A stretch of 63,668 nucleotides of DNA, counting the filler, from Craspedostauros australis (Eukaryota): NCBI GenBank assembly GCA_030167865.1. It is 8 parts of 8 records of this genome, joined end to end, with 100 filler letters (N's around TTAATTAATTAA, not from the genome) between each part and the next. Parts side by side here need not be neighbours in the genome. Positions count along the whole stretch, not along the records: positions 61,440 to 63,668 come from JALAGF010006512.1; 7 more parts are not named here. One strand, given 5' to 3'. This document shows, in pieces, positions 61,440-63,668 of the stretch; the stretch's first letter is position 1; every line of letters starts with the position of its first letter. A model generated the notes under the pieces. That model was not told where the DNA came from, did no database searches, and worked only from the letters and a program-made list of their open reading frames with translations. The position numbers and the translations under genes were made by a program.

Positions 61440-63668
61440 CGTTGATCCGGATGGACCCGCGCCAAGATGTCGTCCTTCAGGCTTGGCTGGAGAGAGTTGA
61501 GGAGAAAGCGGCAGGCAGTGATGTTGTTGCGGCGGTCGTACTCATCAAAATGGCTTGCCATTTCGGTTGCTTCTTCCATGATGGTCTTTTGGTTGAAGCG
61601 GTATGGATGGGCAACGACGCTGGTCGTGTCTTCGGGGTCGGATGGCTCCTTGAGGTAGGAGATGGTGTCGAGCCCTCTGGCTTTGAGTTCGGACATGAAN
61701 NNNNNNNNNNNNNNNNNNNNNNNNNNNNNNNNNNNNNNNNNNNNNNNNNNNNNNNNNNNNNNNNNNNNNNNNNNNNNNNNNNNNNNNNNNNNNNNNNNNN
61801 NNNNNNNNNNNNNNNNNNNNNNNNNNNNNNNNNNNNNNNNNNNNNNNNNNNNNNNNNNNNNNNNNNNNNNNNNNNNNGTGAAGGGGAACCAGTTCTTTCC
61901 CACCTTGACGATGTTGCCCATCACCGGCTTGGTTGGGCGATTGGCGAGTTCACGTTCCGTCTCGGCTGCGGTGCGGCCCAGTTCGAAGATTTCCTGGGAG
62001 GTGTTGACACCAGATACCTCGGTTTGAAGGAGACGCTCGTGGGCTTCCTCCCTCTNNNNNNNNNNNNNNNNNNNNNNNNNNNNNNNNNNNNNNNNNNNNN
62101 NNNNNGTCGAGCCCTCTGGCTTTGAGTTCGGACATGAAGTCGCGCTGGAAGGCTTGGAGATCGCTCTGGCGGTGGAACTTGGGTTCAAGACCCTTCTCCA
62201 TGTCAGGTTGGCTCTTGACATCGGCTCCGCTTGCAGTGGAGCGCTTCTGGAGAATGTAGAGGTAGGTGTTGGGCTCGTCAACAAGCCCAGACCAGTCAGC
62301 TTTGGGCTTTCCCCCGGTGAAGGGGAACCAGTTCTTTCCCACCTTGACGATGTTGCCCATCACCGGCTTGGTTGGGCGATTGGCGAGTTCACGTTCCGTC
62401 TCGGCTGCGGTGCGGCCCAGTTCGAAGATTTCCTGGGAGGTGTTGACACCAGAGACCTCGGTTTGAAGGAGGCGTTCGTGAGCTTCCTCCCTCTCAGCCA
62501 GATTTGCAAGGCGCTCTTCGAGAGCTTGGCTTGCCTCATTCAATCGCTGCTGTTGGGCCAGAAGGCGGGCCTGCATCTGGCTGAGTTGTTCCAAGGTTGC
62601 TGCTTGAGTGGCAGCTACCTCGGCTTGAGTTGTGGTGGCTCCACTTTGGGTGACGGTGGCCTCCGGTTGATCATCCGCCATCCTTCAAAAGCTGCGCTTG
62701 GAGAGGTTGCGGATTTCCTGATGAGCAGCNNNNNNNNNNNNNNNNNNNNNNNNNNNNNNNNNNNNNNNNNNNNNNNNNNCCCTCTGGCTTTGAGTTCGGA
62801 CATGAAATCGCGCTGGAAGGCTTGGAGATCACTCTGGCGGTGGAACTTGGGTTCAAGGCCCTTTTCCATGTCAGGTTGGCTCTTGACATCGGCTCCGCTT
62901 GCAGTGGAGCGCTTCTGGAGAACGTAGAGGTAGGTGTTGGGCTCGTCAACAAGCCCAGACCAGTCAGCTTTGGGCTTTCCCCCNNNNNNNNNNNNNNNNN
63001 NNNNNNNNNNNNNNNNNNNNNNNNNNNNNNNNNNNNNNNNNNNNNNNNNNNNNNNNNNNNNNNNNGTCTCGGCTGCGGTGCGGCCCAGTTCGAAGATTTC
63101 CTGGGAGGTGTTGACACCAGATACCTCGGTTTGAAGGAGACGCTCGTGGGCTTCCTCCCTCTCAGTCAGATTCGCAAGTCGTTCTTGAAGGACTTGGCTC
63201 GCTTCGTTCAGTTGTTGTTGCTGGGCCAGAAGGCGGGCCTGCATCTGGTTGAGTTGTTCCAAGGTTGCTGCTTGAGTGGCAGCTACCTCGGCTTGAGTTG
63301 TGGTGGCTCCACCTTGGGTGACGGTGGCCTCCGGTTGATCATCCGCCATCCTTCAAAAAAAGCTGTGCTTGGAGAGGTTGCGGATTTCCTGATGAGCAGC
63401 TGAGCTGCTGGTTCGCAGATGTTCTGCTGGAGTATCGATCGATGGTTGCAACTGTGTTGCGAGTTGTGATTGCTGAGCTTCAGTCAGCAGGTGTCTGGGA
63501 GTGAGGCAACTGTGTTGCGGGCAGTCAGCTGCACTGCTGCGGGTAGATCAGTGGGTGCCTGTGGCAGGAGCAACTGTGTTGCAGGCAGTCAGCTGCGCTG
63601 CTGCGGGTAGATCAGCAGATGATCGGCTGATTATCGTCGGAGCAACTGCGTTGCTGGCGTTCGGACAG
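61440..63668 (-). mobile_element. Probable diatom copia gag region and 5' leader, present as overlapping partial copies (ORFs 62615-63349, 61950-62681, 61440-62055)
   Basis: FTGGKPKADWSGL, RGLDTISYL..PSDP...SVV.H..RF and YDRRN...A.RFLLNSL resemble diatom copia gag as I recall it. Multi-copy variants suggest a repeat. No pol in view. Confidence 0.65.
63506..63655. repeat. Imperfect tandem repeat of about 65 bp (GCAACTGTGTTGC...GCTGCGGGTAGATCAG) upstream of gag
   Basis: GCAACTG(T/C)GTTGC recurs at about 63447, 63507, 63570 and 63642. Confidence 0.75.

Overview
Eukaryotic draft-assembly DNA, almost certainly from a diatom or other ochrophyte: short GT-AG introns, bipartite plastid-type signal peptides, CoDi-like Ty1/copia elements and diatom-style LRR and trypsin genes. 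It is not one locus. Seven artificial N-TTAATTAATTAA-N linkers join eight unrelated scaffolds, and many roughly 50-N gaps separate near-identical overlapping sequence (uncollapsed alleles or TE copies). Scaffold 1 (1-12794) has a spliced PIF/Harbinger transposase, a 13-bp minisatellite, a membrane-anchored receptor-like protein with 28 regular LRRs, and one copia element nested in another. Scaffold 2 is a CoDi-like gag-pol 5' half. Scaffold 3 has a probably plastid-targeted alpha/beta hydrolase and a probable thylakoid-lumen protein. Scaffold 4 (23301-54061) is gene-rich: Dispatched/Patched-like, GT61, BFR1/PPI-like, three hypothetical membrane proteins, DUF2237, ribA, GET3 and a PX/BAR-like protein. 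It also carries a 1.7-kb fully palindromic foldback (Mutator-like) element with a 10-bp TSD and a Sola-like transposase fragment. The remaining scaffolds carry a trypsin, a stop-interrupted unknown ORF, degraded repeat DNA and copia gag fragments. The most notable items are the Asn-less, Thr-ladder LRR array with reshuffled hypervariable modules, the foldback element, and a shared 20-bp CACTAG-type putative transposon end on two scaffolds. All family calls come from motif recognition by eye; no searches were run.
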